From IMG/VR virus record IMGVR_UViG_3300042922_001018: a stretch of 64,000 nucleotides of DNA. One strand, 5' to 3'. Both the position numbers and the translations under genes were made by a program. The DNA is from a virus (Duplodnaviria; Heunggongvirae; Uroviricota; Caudoviricetes). The notes beneath the pieces were generated by a model. It was not told the DNA's origin and searched no databases. It saw only the letters and a list, made by a program, of their open reading frames with translations. Positions 48,714-58,769 of this stretch are shown one piece after another (position 1 is the first letter of the stretch; each line of letters begins with the position of its first letter).

Positions 48714-48858
48714 GTGTATCAGTGTACAGACGAACCACTGTCAACGCAAATTGGATTCCAGAAACGTCAAAGCTGCCGTTGCCGCCCAGGTTCCTCCGAC
48801 AAGGAAGACAATCCCAACGGCACTCAGCAGAATGTTCTGAGTACGGCTCAGCTCCGTA

Positions 48859-49317
48859 TCATCCGGGTGTCGGCTCATCCTCCGCCTTCGGAGCACGGGC
48901 CTGGCCGGTCGTCGCCTTCCAGGGGGTTCCACCGCATCCCAGCGTCAGCGAACACTTCTTCGTGGAAGGTGCGCTGAAGGCCAGGAAAGAGTAACGCTCG
49001 CACTTGTCGCAGACGGCGACTGTAACGCCATCCCCGTCACGGTCCGTTGGGACGCGAAGATACTGGATGATGTCGAGATGCTTCTCCAGCAGCTCACGCT
49101 GGTCGTCCGGAAGGACGAAGCCCATCATGTTCTCCGGCGTCAAGTCCGCGAAGCTCTTGATGTTCTCCGGGAGCAACGGCTCCTCAGCCTTCGCTCGCTC
49201 ACGATTCAGCGTGGTCACGTTCGACTGGGCAGCCTTCATCAGGACAATCGCCAAGTTCGCAGCGCGCGCCAAAGGCGGCAGAACCGGGTTGGTGCGGAAA
49301 GTACGAGAGCGGGCCAC
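48859..49317 (-). CDS. hypothetical protein with C-terminal Zn ribbon
   Basis: CDKC...CSLTLGC. Confidence 0.7.
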   Translation of the reverse strand: MARSRTFRTNPVLPPLARAANLAIVLMKAAQSNVTTLNRERAKAEEPLLPENIKSFADLTPENMMGFVLPDDQRELLEKHLDIIQYLRVPTDRDGDGVTVAVCDKCERYSFLAFSAPSTKKCSLTLGCGGTPWKATTGQARAPKAEDEPTPG

Positions 49318-49354
49318 GGAAGCAGTCTAGCATGACCTCGCCCACATCGCCAAG

Positions 49355-49732
49355 TCAGCGCAAGGCGGGAAGGTACTCGACCGCGACACCCTGGTTCCAG
49401 TAGTGGATGATGGAGAGGATAGAGAACGAGTTCATCAACCCGACCACACCGAACTCAGGTGGGACTGACGCATGCGACAGGAACACAATCTGGTCGGCGG
49501 ACACCTTGCCTGCGGCTGGGATGAACGCATTCGCGTACTCAGGAGCGACACCCTGCTCGTAGAGTCGCTGCACATCGAACGCAGAGAAGCCTACGGGGTC
49601 GTCGTAGACGAGAGCCGTGACAAGCTGGTCCGTGTACTCACGCGGCACATCGGCGCGGCGTAAGTTCTCGTACATCTGCGCTCGGATGGCGTCCTTCATC
49701 TGGTCGAAGGTGACCACTTCTTCACTCGGCAT
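49355..49732 (-). CDS. GVP.EY-repeat family protein
   Basis: DVPREY, GVAPEY, SVPPEF, GVAVEY. Confidence 0.72.
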   Translation of the reverse strand: MPSEEVVTFDQMKDAIRAQMYENLRRADVPREYTDQLVTALVYDDPVGFSAFDVQRLYEQGVAPEYANAFIPAAGKVSADQIVFLSHASVPPEFGVVGLMNSFSILSIIHYWNQGVAVEYLPALR

Positions 49733-49898
49733 GGCGCCGCTCGTCGATGTGCACAGCAAGCAGCCAAGCGCCGGGCGCTCCGGCTCCCAGGATGGCGAGC
49801 ACCAGGCCATCCGTCTGTGCATCGCCCAGCACAAGGCGCGTGACACCCGCGATGGTTGCCACAGCAAGGAGGATGAGCGCCGTACGAAGCTTGTTCAT
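49722..49898 (-). CDS. small two-TM protein
   Basis: MNKLRTALILL... Confidence 0.55.
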   Translation of the reverse strand: MNKLRTALILLAVATIAGVTRLVLGDAQTDGLVLAILGAGAPGAWLLAVHIDERRHAE

Positions 49899-49951
49899 GG
49901 TCCCATCCTTGCACCCCCGTAAAGCGATGTCAAGTCTGCTAGGCTCAGGAC

Positions 49952-50275
49952 GTGCGCTACACCGTCCTTGCCGCCCTAGCGATACTCGGTACGTTGATAG
50001 ACGCAACCGCCTCCTGGTACAGCATCGAACATCTCGGCATCGCCGCTGAAGGCAATCCCATTCTTGACTCGGTGGCATCCACCGTAGGGTTCACTGCCAC
50101 GATGGCGATACGCGCCGTCATCGGAGTTGCCCTCATCGCCGCACTCTACGGTTTCGCGACTCGAAGCAAACGACCACAGGCTAGAAAGCTGGCACGGGCT
50201 GGACTCTGGCTATCTGCCATCGTGCTCGACGCGCTTGCCGTCTACCACGTGGTCGGCATCCTCCTTTACGGCTGA
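49952..50275 (+). CDS. small membrane protein (DUF5658-like)
   Basis: D..T/S..EGNP motif, 3 TM; leaderless promoter. Confidence 0.72.
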   Translation: MRYTVLAALAILGTLIDATASWYSIEHLGIAAEGNPILDSVASTVGFTATMAIRAVIGVALIAALYGFATRSKRPQARKLARAGLWLSAIVLDALAVYHVVGILLYG

Positions 50276-51009
50276 AGCATCACGTCGATGTACTCGGCCG
50301 CGACATTCGCGCAGAGGTAGTCCACATCGTCGGCTGAAAGCTTCATCTCGAAGAACCGCTGCACCAGCACCGGAGGCATCCCGGTCCATGCGCATTTCGC
50401 GACCACGTCCAGATGCCCGGTCCACTTCGCAGGAACTTCCGCCATGTAGCGAATCGGGAACGCTTCATCGAGCAGGACCGTCAGACCACCAAAACGCAGA
50501 GCGGCGCCCATCCGATGAACACCCTTCGCGCCATGAATCTGTACCGCAGTCATGAACTCTTTCGGTTCCAGACCGGTGCGGACCACGGCGGCGATGGCCG
50601 AATGAATCCCCAGCTCAGGTTGCGGGTTCTTCTGCTTGCCGAAGATGCTCTCACGAACCTCTGGGTCGCTGACGAAAGCCAACAGCTCTTCGGCTTCCGG
50701 AGCGGTCTTGAACCACTGGAAGGCCTGTTCAGTGTACAACGCCACAGGAGCCTGGCTCTTGTTGTACTTGCCGTAGATGTCCGGCGGGAAGATGTCCCAC
50801 CGCCCACGCCACATCTCTGCCAGCGCAGAACCCTCCAGGTTGAAGCGGCGTGCAAGAACATCCAAGCCCTGTTCGAGCATGACCGCCCCGCGAGCGAGGT
50901 CATCATCCGAGTGCAGCTTCGCATTGTCACTGCCCCACGGCTTAGCCGCGGCAGGCCAGTTCGGGAGCATCTGCTCGTAACCTTCAGGGGCGAACACGTT
51001 GTCAGTCAC
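50266..51009 (-). CDS. GVP.EY-repeat family protein
   Basis: GMPP.., NVAAEY C-terminus. Confidence 0.7.
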   Translation of the reverse strand: MTDNVFAPEGYEQMLPNWPAAAKPWGSDNAKLHSDDDLARGAVMLEQGLDVLARRFNLEGSALAEMWRGRWDIFPPDIYGKYNKSQAPVALYTEQAFQWFKTAPEAEELLAFVSDPEVRESIFGKQKNPQPELGIHSAIAAVVRTGLEPKEFMTAVQIHGAKGVHRMGAALRFGGLTVLLDEAFPIRYMAEVPAKWTGHLDVVAKCAWTGMPPVLVQRFFEMKLSADDVDYLCANVAAEYIDVMLQP

Positions 51010-51820
51010 GGAACCGAATACCTAGTCTGTCGAAGTCAGGGGTGTCGGCGTTCAACGCCTCACGCGCATAGTCTAGCGGCATACCACTCTCCAACGCAAG
51101 GATGATTTCCTCAGCCGTTCCCCACCAGTCATGCAAGAGCGCCACATCGGCCAGCGGGACACTCCGCTCCCGAGCGAGATGCAGAAGGTCACATCGGACG
51201 AAAGCCGGAACCGTCAGCAAGCCCTGCGTGATGAGTGCCTCTCGGAGCGGCCCTGTGGGCCTGTAGACGAAGAACTCGGCCAGCTCCGGTCCGGAGAAGC
51301 CCTCGTCCAGAAGCCACCGCACAGCGCCATCCTGGGTCGATGCATACAGCCCGGCCGCGAACAGCATGAGCGCGGACTCATCGGAAGCGTCGAGGAACGC
51401 ATTCCGAAACGACTGCGGCATAAGGGCCGCATACGCTGGATGGAAAGCCAGGTCGCGAATGAGGCCCGCCATCTCCTCGGCAGTCAGACGCAGCGCAGCG
51501 GGGACGGCTAGAACGATACTCAGCGCGTTCGTCCGGTCCCCGAAGTCTGAAGGGTCCGCTCCAGAGCTTCGGAGAAAATCCTGCACCTCGTTCTGGTCCT
51601 TGAACGTCTCCGCCGCTTGCAGCCAGTTCATTGCATCGTACGGCGACGGAGATACCCGAGCGCCTACAAGCCTCTCAGCAAGGTCCGGAGTGACGCCCAT
51701 TCGGTTCAACGCCTCAGACATCGGTACCCGCGAGCTACCGTCGGATGAGGCCATCGCGTGTCGCGCGAGAGCGGTCGGTGACTGCGCCTCCACAACGACA
51801 TTCGGCCACTCCACGGTCAC
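51002..51820 (-). CDS. GVP.EY-repeat family protein
   Basis: SGMPLDY C-terminus. Confidence 0.7.
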   Translation of the reverse strand: MTVEWPNVVVEAQSPTALARHAMASSDGSSRVPMSEALNRMGVTPDLAERLVGARVSPSPYDAMNWLQAAETFKDQNEVQDFLRSSGADPSDFGDRTNALSIVLAVPAALRLTAEEMAGLIRDLAFHPAYAALMPQSFRNAFLDASDESALMLFAAGLYASTQDGAVRWLLDEGFSGPELAEFFVYRPTGPLREALITQGLLTVPAFVRCDLLHLARERSVPLADVALLHDWWGTAEEIILALESGMPLDYAREALNADTPDFDRLGIRFRD

Positions 51821-53958
51821 CGCTTCCTAGCGAACTTCTTGCCAGTCGGGGTCTTCAGGAAGCGTTCCAATGCGATGTCGATGAGCTTCATCATGATTTC
51901 CGACGGAGTGTCCAGGTCACGGTCACCCGTTGCCACAGCGACCTGAGTGTCCGCCTGGTCGCCGTAGATGGCCTTCAGGGTCATGCCCTTTCGCAACAGT
52001 GCGCTCTGGATGTGCTCGTCGAGTGTGCCCAAGGCCACCATCGTCGTGAGCATGAGATGGTCTGCGGATGCCCCGACTCGGTGCGACCGGTCCTCAGCCT
52101 GCACAACCATCGCAGGAGTCCAGTCCGTCTCCACGAACAGATGGTCACTCGAACGCGTCAGAGTAACGCCCACACCCACGGCGGTAATGGAGCAGACCAG
52201 CACAGCAACCTCGCCGCGCTGGAAACCATCAATCAGCTCGTCCTTCTCATCCGTCGTCGTACGACCGTCGATAAGACCGGAGCGGCCGAGAGACGGGTCG
52301 AGAGCCGCGACCATAGCATCCGCCGTATCATGGTGATGAACCCAGACGATGAGAGGACGCTCCGGCGCCGAAGCCACGAAGTCCCGAATCCATTCGGCGG
52401 CGATGTCCACCTTCGCGAGCGCTGCCGCCACACGAAGGCGGGAGACGAAACGCAGGTTCGACTTCGCGAACTCCTCCATCTCCTTCCCCTGAGGCAGCTC
52501 GCCGGTCTTCTTCACCGTCGAATCGAACCACTCCTCGATGTGCTCGATGATGGCCTTGTGCGCTTCTCGATACGCCTTCAGTTCCACCTCAACGGCCAAC
52601 TCGCTACGGAGCTTCTTCGGGAGGTTGGGGAGCACCTGTGCCTTCGTACGACGTACCCACACGTGCTGTTCAAGCTTCTGCCGCAGCTCACCGAGCGTCG
52701 TCTTCCGAGGCACCCAGGCATCGAACGAGTTCTGGTAGCAGTAGCGCTCCAGGAACTTCTCCGCACCGCCGAAGACAGGACCGAGATGCCCGGTGAAGTC
52801 CAGCAGTGCCACGAGTTCCTGCGGACTCTGGAACACAGGCGTGCCCGTAAGACAAATGGGCAGCTCTGCCTGGTATCCGAGAGCAATCATCGCGCGAGCA
52901 CGATGCGAGGTCGGCGTCTTGATACGGTGCGCTTCGTCAAGGATGACTGCCTGCGGCGCCCACGCGAGCATCCTCTTCAACAGCTCGGGACGGGCGCCGA
53001 GAAGAGAGTCGGCAACGACGATGACGCCGCTCTCGGGGAACTCCGGCTCTTTCTTCTTCGAGCTGATGACAACCACTTCGCTATCCGGGAACTGGCCTCC
53101 CAGAGTGGGTAGTCCGGAACGCTTCGCCTCACGCGCCCAGTGGGTAAGAACGACAGGCGGAGCCGCGATGAGTGTCCGCCGGACACCCTTGATGGACGCA
53201 GCCGCAAGGGCCTGAAGGGACTTGCCGACCCCAGGCTCATCGAACAATCCGAAGTGTCCGGCCGCAACCGCCATCGAGCCGACACGCTGGTACGGGAAGA
53301 GGTTGATTTCGTCGCCACCGAACCACTCCGGCACATCCCCGATAGCGTCGATGAGGCGTTGAGCTTCCTCATCGTTGATGTCGAGGATAGTCGTCGCCTT
53401 CGCGATGTCGGCCACGCCAGCGGCAATGTCCGAGCGGGTGTGTACTCGGGCGACATTCTCCCGTGCCAGCTCGATGACTTCACCCATGAAGATGACCCCA
53501 GGGCGAGGCTCACCGTTCAGGAGCGCGTCGGTGACAGGCATCTCGAACCGGGAAGTCGCCTTGTCCCAGCGGGTGCCGTTCCCCAAGCGCTTCTTCGCTT
53601 CGTCGTATCCGGCAAGCCTGTGACGCGCGAGCAGACCACTCTTCGTGGCGTTCAAGATGACGACCGGCTCGAACAGCTCGTTGAGAGAGGTCAGACCTTC
53701 GAACGTAGGGTCGGTAGCAAGCGAGTAGTCCACGGAGATACCCGCGCGTTCGAATAGCGCGTCCGGCATGATTCCGTCACGGGTACCGCGCACCAGCCAC
53801 CAGCCCGACTGGCGACTGAAATAAGCGCCCAGCCACTCCATGAACTGAAGCATGTTCTTCTCACCGTTGTGAGGATGAATGGCCGTCGGCTCTACTCGAA
53901 CCTCCAGATACGGGTTCCAGCGAGTGCCGCGGAGCCGCGCGTATCCAGTATGTGCCAC
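51817..53958 (-). CDS. SNF2-family (SF2) helicase
   Basis: DEPGVGKS, DEAH, LTGTP, GVGVTLT, QAEDRSHRVG. Confidence 0.92.
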   Translation of the reverse strand: MAHTGYARLRGTRWNPYLEVRVEPTAIHPHNGEKNMLQFMEWLGAYFSRQSGWWLVRGTRDGIMPDALFERAGISVDYSLATDPTFEGLTSLNELFEPVVILNATKSGLLARHRLAGYDEAKKRLGNGTRWDKATSRFEMPVTDALLNGEPRPGVIFMGEVIELARENVARVHTRSDIAAGVADIAKATTILDINDEEAQRLIDAIGDVPEWFGGDEINLFPYQRVGSMAVAAGHFGLFDEPGVGKSLQALAAASIKGVRRTLIAAPPVVLTHWAREAKRSGLPTLGGQFPDSEVVVISSKKKEPEFPESGVIVVADSLLGARPELLKRMLAWAPQAVILDEAHRIKTPTSHRARAMIALGYQAELPICLTGTPVFQSPQELVALLDFTGHLGPVFGGAEKFLERYCYQNSFDAWVPRKTTLGELRQKLEQHVWVRRTKAQVLPNLPKKLRSELAVEVELKAYREAHKAIIEHIEEWFDSTVKKTGELPQGKEMEEFAKSNLRFVSRLRVAAALAKVDIAAEWIRDFVASAPERPLIVWVHHHDTADAMVAALDPSLGRSGLIDGRTTTDEKDELIDGFQRGEVAVLVCSITAVGVGVTLTRSSDHLFVETDWTPAMVVQAEDRSHRVGASADHLMLTTMVALGTLDEHIQSALLRKGMTLKAIYGDQADTQVAVATGDRDLDTPSEIMMKLIDIALERFLKTPTGKKFARKR

Positions 53959-53992
53959 TGGGCTATCCTAGCACAAGGCTCGCAGGTAGAGC

Positions 53993-54466
53993 CTACGCGC
54001 AGGCGTCGTCCATCGACACATTGATTCCCGCATCCCCTAGCACCGTCACGTCAGGGTGGGCAGCGGCATACGCCGTATGGATGACCATTTGCGATTCGAC
54101 ATCCTCGGCGTAGACGGAGAGGTCAAGGTAGTCGTACCTGCCCTGTTCAACCGAACCACACACGGCTTCGATGATGGCTTCCGGCATGTCTTCATAGAAC
54201 TCCGCTGCGACGGGGACACTGACGAAGACACCCAGTTCCAGCGCGAAACCGTTCTTGTGCGAAGTGACCGTAGTCTCGCTCTCCGGTACGGCTAGCGAGA
54301 TGGCTTCCTTCATGTCTGCAATACTTCCCGACCCCGAGTCATCCCCGACAATCGGTCGTATCTCATCGCGCAAGGCGGCACAGCCTGTCAGCCCTCCCAG
54401 GAGGAACAACGAGAGACCGACAGCCACTATGGCAGCCTGTATCCTGGTCTTCTCAGCCATGCCCAA
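53993..54466 (-). CDS. lipoprotein, family B
   Basis: Lipobox LTGC; IIEAVC, terminal Cys. Confidence 0.78.
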   Translation of the reverse strand: MGMAEKTRIQAAIVAVGLSLFLLGGLTGCAALRDEIRPIVGDDSGSGSIADMKEAISLAVPESETTVTSHKNGFALELGVFVSVPVAAEFYEDMPEAIIEAVCGSVEQGRYDYLDLSVYAEDVESQMVIHTAYAAAHPDVTVLGDAGINVSMDDACA

Positions 54467-54493
54467 TATCCCTCTCGTGCACCTGACTTATAG

Positions 54494-54994
54494 TCAGGAT
54501 GACCCTAACTTGTTCTCCAACGACCCAGGGGTCGGTCGGGGAACGGGTGCAGGCGATACCTCGCACACCTCGGGGAGAGAGAACACGGCCGTAGTACGGT
54601 GACCAATCACAAGGTCATCACCGTACATCTCTTTGCCCACCGAGAGAACATCGTAATAGTCGTGGCTGTCCTTCTGCGAGAACGAGATGTCTACCCCGTC
54701 GAAAGGGCCACCCTCGTCGCAGACGACGTTGACTGCGCGTACGATGTCGTCGGGCTGCACCTCTTCAAGGTCATCCACCGCGATGTCGAACCCGAGACTG
54801 TACGTGAAGCCGCTCAGGCTGCCTCCGCCGAGCACCTCAGAGTCCGGGAACGCCTCCTCGACAGCGGCGATGACCTCCTCCGCCTGAGCATCAGCGCCAT
54901 CACGATTCAGTTCGCTCGACAGTGCGTTGCAACCGGTGAGTACACTCACCAGAACGAGACCGCCGCCAAGAGCCGCGGCATGCTTCAGACGCAT
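54494..54994 (-). CDS. lipoprotein, family B
   Basis: Lipobox LTGC; VNVVC. Confidence 0.78.
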   Translation of the reverse strand: MRLKHAAALGGGLVLVSVLTGCNALSSELNRDGADAQAEEVIAAVEEAFPDSEVLGGGSLSGFTYSLGFDIAVDDLEEVQPDDIVRAVNVVCDEGGPFDGVDISFSQKDSHDYYDVLSVGKEMYGDDLVIGHRTTAVFSLPEVCEVSPAPVPRPTPGSLENKLGSS

Positions 54995-55431
54995 GCCTTG
55001 CCCAAGTCCACTTCGCCTTCCGGCGTCAGCGCACCGGTTGCGCTGTACAGCTCGGTGAGCATCGGCTGGACATCCGTGGGGGTCTCTGCTCCCGCGCTAC
55101 CCAGCGAGAGACGCAGGAAGTCGAAGTTCCCGCTGCTCGATTGGCAGACGGCGGTGACAAGACGCTGGATGTCCTCGGTTGCCGGGACAGCCTCCGTCGG
55201 TGCCTTGACCGTGACGCTCAGGGCGCGAATAGCGCCAGAACCAGAAGCTTCGACGATGGTCTCCGACTCGGGCGGCACGACCTCGGCGACAGCCGTCTTC
55301 ACAACTTCAGTGGCCGGAGTTCCGTCAGAAAGAGTCGGCTGGTTGTCCTCGGCTGAAGGAGAGCTGCACCCTACGAGCGCCATGACGAGGACAGCAAGGG
55401 AAGCTCCGAGAGCGGCACGGTTCGTTTTCAC
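54985..55431 (-). CDS. lipoprotein, family B
   Basis: Lipobox LVGC; VTAVC, terminal Cys. Confidence 0.78.
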   Translation of the reverse strand: MKTNRAALGASLAVLVMALVGCSSPSAEDNQPTLSDGTPATEVVKTAVAEVVPPESETIVEASGSGAIRALSVTVKAPTEAVPATEDIQRLVTAVCQSSSGNFDFLRLSLGSAGAETPTDVQPMLTELYSATGALTPEGEVDLGKACV

Positions 55432-55440
55432 TCCTGAAGT

Positions 55441-56184
55441 CTACAGTATCGTCAGGTATTCCAGTGGCACCCCGTCACGCCAACCGGCGCGTGCTGCGAG
55501 CGCTGTTATCTGAGCCTCCATGCACTGAGCGAGGTATGCGGAGGGAACGCCGTCCCGGTAGCAGCGTTCAACGTCCATCGCGTCTACCCACAGAGCATCG
55601 TCAGACAACGAGACGAAGACATCGCGAAGGTAATCGGGCGGAACGCCTACAGACTCGGTGTAAGCCGCACGCTCACACAGCGCTGCCACTGTGACCCAAC
55701 CCATCCACTTCCCCGTGGAGAGAGCGCGAAGATACTCAGGCGTCGCACCACGCTCTAAGGCAGCAACCAGCGCTTCGTAGGCAGGCAACTGCGCCTCGAT
55801 GAAGAACGAGCCGAGCACTTCACCTATAGGAAGCGTCTGTTTGCGAAAGTCGTTGAGCATGTCCATGTAGATGCTGCGCTCCAACGGCGAGCCGAGTGCC
55901 CCCGTCAGACCGCATGCTCGGACGAACGGAGCAAAACGTACGCAATCCTGTGGCGACGCCTGCATCCATTTCAGGTTCTTGAAGAGGAAGGCAACAGACC
56001 GGGAAACCTCATCACTGTCGATGATTCCTCCGCGCGCCACCACGGCCCTAGCCGGAGCGCAGTCGGCGACGAACTGCCTCAGCTCATCGACGTTGCGGAG
56101 TTCCCACTTGTAGTCGTGGAGCCAGGTGGCATCGTACACACCCCATGCAGTGAGCTGGATGTGCGCACGATACCACCCGAACAT
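55441..56184 (-). CDS. GVP.EY-repeat family protein
   Basis: GATPEY, GVPPDY, GVPSAY, GVPLEY. Confidence 0.72.
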   Translation of the reverse strand: MFGWYRAHIQLTAWGVYDATWLHDYKWELRNVDELRQFVADCAPARAVVARGGIIDSDEVSRSVAFLFKNLKWMQASPQDCVRFAPFVRACGLTGALGSPLERSIYMDMLNDFRKQTLPIGEVLGSFFIEAQLPAYEALVAALERGATPEYLRALSTGKWMGWVTVAALCERAAYTESVGVPPDYLRDVFVSLSDDALWVDAMDVERCYRDGVPSAYLAQCMEAQITALAARAGWRDGVPLEYLTIL

Positions 56185-56186
56185 GC

Positions 56187-57410
56187 TCAGCCCTTCACGC
56201 AGAGGCGTGTCTCCAGGAACGCTTCGACCTCGACCAGCTCAGACTGCGCGCGGATGACCGCGTGCACGTCCTTGTAGGCCTCCGGAAGCTCATCCAGGAT
56301 GCCCGCGTCACGGCGCGACTCGATGTTCCCGAGCTGGCGCTTGATTTCTGCCTGACCGTCATCGTCGCCCCGGAACTTCTCCTTCGCCTTGTTACGCGAC
56401 AGCACGCGACCGGCGCCGTGTGATGCGGAGAAGAACGACTTCGGGTTACCCAGCCCACGGACCACGTAAGAACCGGTCGCCATCGAGCCAGGGATGAGCG
56501 CAAGCTCCCCCTTCGTCGCACGGATAGCGCCCTTTCGGGTCACCAGCATGCTCTCGCCGTCGATGACCTCCTCAGACACGTAGTTGTGGTGGACGTTGAT
56601 GTCCGGCTCGAACGTGACCTTCTTCGAGTCGCCGTAGTGCTCCACGACGGCCCGCTTCACGAGCGCCATCATGATGGCACGTGAACGGAGAGCGTACTCC
56701 TGCGCCCACATGAGGTCGTGGCGGTATGCGTCCATCTGCGCCGTGCCCGAAAGGAACACCGCCATGTCTGCATCGGCGATGCCTTCGTTGTGCGAAAGCC
56801 CCTTCGCAACGGAGATGTGGTAGTCCGCCAGCATCTTCCCGATGTTGCGCGAGCCGGAGTGCAGCGTCAGCCAGACATTGCCGTCGGCATCGGTACAGAC
56901 CTCAATGAAGTGGTTGCCTCGGCCGAGCGTGCCAATCTGCGACTGCGCCTTGCTCTCGATACCACGGACGTACGGCGTGAGGTCGCGGTATGCGCCCCAG
57001 AACTTGTCCCAGCCGCGGTCCAGACCGTACCGACGCACGTTGACGGGCGTGTCGTGGCCCTCGTGGCCGAGAGGAATCGCGCCCTCGATGGCAGCGCGCA
57101 GCGCAGGAAGACGCTCCAGGTCTTCGACCTTCAGGGAAGTCTTCGTCGCCACGACGCCGCATCCGATGTCCACGCCGACCGCAGACGGCGCAACAGCCTG
57201 CTTCATCGCGATGACAGAGCCAACCGTGGCTCCCTTACCAAGGTGCACATCCGGCATGACGCGGACGCCGTGGACCCACGGCAACTCGGCGATGTTCCGG
57301 AGCTGCTGTAGAGCGGCCTGCTCCACATCCTGCTCATGTGCCCACATCAGGGTAGGCGCGGCGGCGCCGCGAAGCGTTACAGGGAACTCGTGAACAGTCA
57401 TGCGGCCCAC
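56187..57410 (-). CDS. rtcB: RtcB RNA ligase
   Basis: MPDVH.GKG, VGVDIGCG, GNHFIE, LHSGSR, HHNY, SHGAGR, DELPEAYK. Confidence 0.96.
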   Translation of the reverse strand: MGRMTVHEFPVTLRGAAAPTLMWAHEQDVEQAALQQLRNIAELPWVHGVRVMPDVHLGKGATVGSVIAMKQAVAPSAVGVDIGCGVVATKTSLKVEDLERLPALRAAIEGAIPLGHEGHDTPVNVRRYGLDRGWDKFWGAYRDLTPYVRGIESKAQSQIGTLGRGNHFIEVCTDADGNVWLTLHSGSRNIGKMLADYHISVAKGLSHNEGIADADMAVFLSGTAQMDAYRHDLMWAQEYALRSRAIMMALVKRAVVEHYGDSKKVTFEPDINVHHNYVSEEVIDGESMLVTRKGAIRATKGELALIPGSMATGSYVVRGLGNPKSFFSASHGAGRVLSRNKAKEKFRGDDDGQAEIKRQLGNIESRRDAGILDELPEAYKDVHAVIRAQSELVEVEAFLETRLCVKG

Positions 57411-57434
57411 GATAGCACAAAATCGTGGCGCTCG

Positions 57435-58208
57435 CTAGCCTCCAGCGACCACCAGAGCCGCATACTCAGGCGCTAGGCCATCCGTCCAGCAGGAGAGGAC
57501 GATTTCGTGCGCCCGGAAACCTGCGAAGTAGTCAGAGGATGCGCTCACGAGAGACGTGACTAGCTCAACTGAGTAGGCAACGGGGACGCCTTCAATCGTG
57601 AGCCGCATGATGACATCGTGGTACGTCGCCAACGCCTTCAACTGTTCACCGCGGTACCCCTGACGGATAGCTAGCGCAGTGTACTCGAACCGTCCAGCCG
57701 TACGGTTCACCCACTCATGGAATGGGTCAGCCTTCTTGCCTTCACCGCCCCAGCGCCAGGCATCCTCCCACTCCAGTTCGACCACGAAACTCCGGGTCTG
57801 GTCCTTCTGGAGTTCTGAGAAAGCTTGGAGATGCTCCAGCGGCTCATCTTTCAGGAGAAGGATGCCAGCGAGGGCTGGCACACTCCCTGAGAGTGCGATG
57901 CCCTCACGACCTCGTTCCCAGCCGAACAGAAGCTCGCCCGGCGTCTTACCTTCACGAGCAGCGAGAGGAGCAAGGAACCTCTCAACGTTCGGGTTGTACC
58001 CGTAAGAGGGCTTCTCCCCGAGTTCTGCACGCATCTGCTCAAACAGCTCCGGCCGCGACTTATACGACTCCGCGAGAGCGCGTCCAATCAGCGGGGTCGC
58101 CTGCTCCATGAAGTCGCGAGTGTACCCGCCTCCGGTGAAGACGTTCGGAAACCACTCCGGCAGGGCATAGTCAGCGACCATCTTCGGAGTGCAGAAGGGC
58201 GTTGTCAC
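57435..58208 (-). CDS. GVP.EY-repeat family protein
   Basis: GVPVAY, GLAPEY. Confidence 0.7.
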   Translation of the reverse strand: MTTPFCTPKMVADYALPEWFPNVFTGGGYTRDFMEQATPLIGRALAESYKSRPELFEQMRAELGEKPSYGYNPNVERFLAPLAAREGKTPGELLFGWERGREGIALSGSVPALAGILLLKDEPLEHLQAFSELQKDQTRSFVVELEWEDAWRWGGEGKKADPFHEWVNRTAGRFEYTALAIRQGYRGEQLKALATYHDVIMRLTIEGVPVAYSVELVTSLVSASSDYFAGFRAHEIVLSCWTDGLAPEYAALVVAGG

Positions 58209-58230
58209 ACCTTCAGTCTACCGCAGAAGT

Positions 58231-58461
58231 TCAGGACGAGTAGCCGGAGAACATGTCCGATTCGTAGTAGTGGTCCTGGGAGCGCGAATAGTCCCGCTCT
58301 TCCCAGTCACGCTCCTGGGAGCGCCACTCCTGGCCCTGGCGTTCCTGCTCGATGAGGAGGTCTTCTTCGACCTGAGCCGGGTCTAGGATGAAGACTTCCG
58401 GAGCCGAACCCGTCTGCGCGGTGAACCGCCCGAGGTCGTCACGGTTCGCCTCGTTGCTCAT
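58231..58461 (-). CDS. PR..DG.F..PE-tagged protein 4 (divergent tag)
   Basis: NRDDLGRFTAQTGSAPEVFIL. Confidence 0.72.
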   Translation of the reverse strand: MSNEANRDDLGRFTAQTGSAPEVFILDPAQVEEDLLIEQERQGQEWRSQERDWEERDYSRSQDHYYESDMFSGYSS

Positions 58462-58769
58462 GCCGCGAACAGCTCGAACTCTTCGAACTCGACTGCGCCG
58501 CCACGGACATCGAACTCCACAATCTTCCTGGGGAGGACGACACGGAGCGGGGCGTTCGGAAGCGGCGGGCCGTGGACAATGAGCTTCTCACCCTCATCCA
58601 CCCAGTCAGGGATGCGGACGACTCGGCTGCCGTAGCTTGTCTTGCGTCCGAGCGGGTCCAGCAGCGCGATTACCAGCTCGTCGCGCGTTTCAGGGGTAAC
58701 GATTGTCATGTTCACAGTGTACCTTTCGCCAGCAACTCTGCTGGTCACTTGTCCTTCGAATCGAGCCAA
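58458..58769 (-). CDS. small hypothetical protein (true start probably downstream of 58769)
   Basis: Fills gap between tagged genes; ATGA coupling. Confidence 0.55.
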   Translation of the reverse strand: MARFEGQVTSRVAGERYTVNMTIVTPETRDELVIALLDPLGRKTSYGSRVVRIPDWVDEGEKLIVHGPPLPNAPLRVVLPRKIVEFDVRGGAVEFEEFELFAA

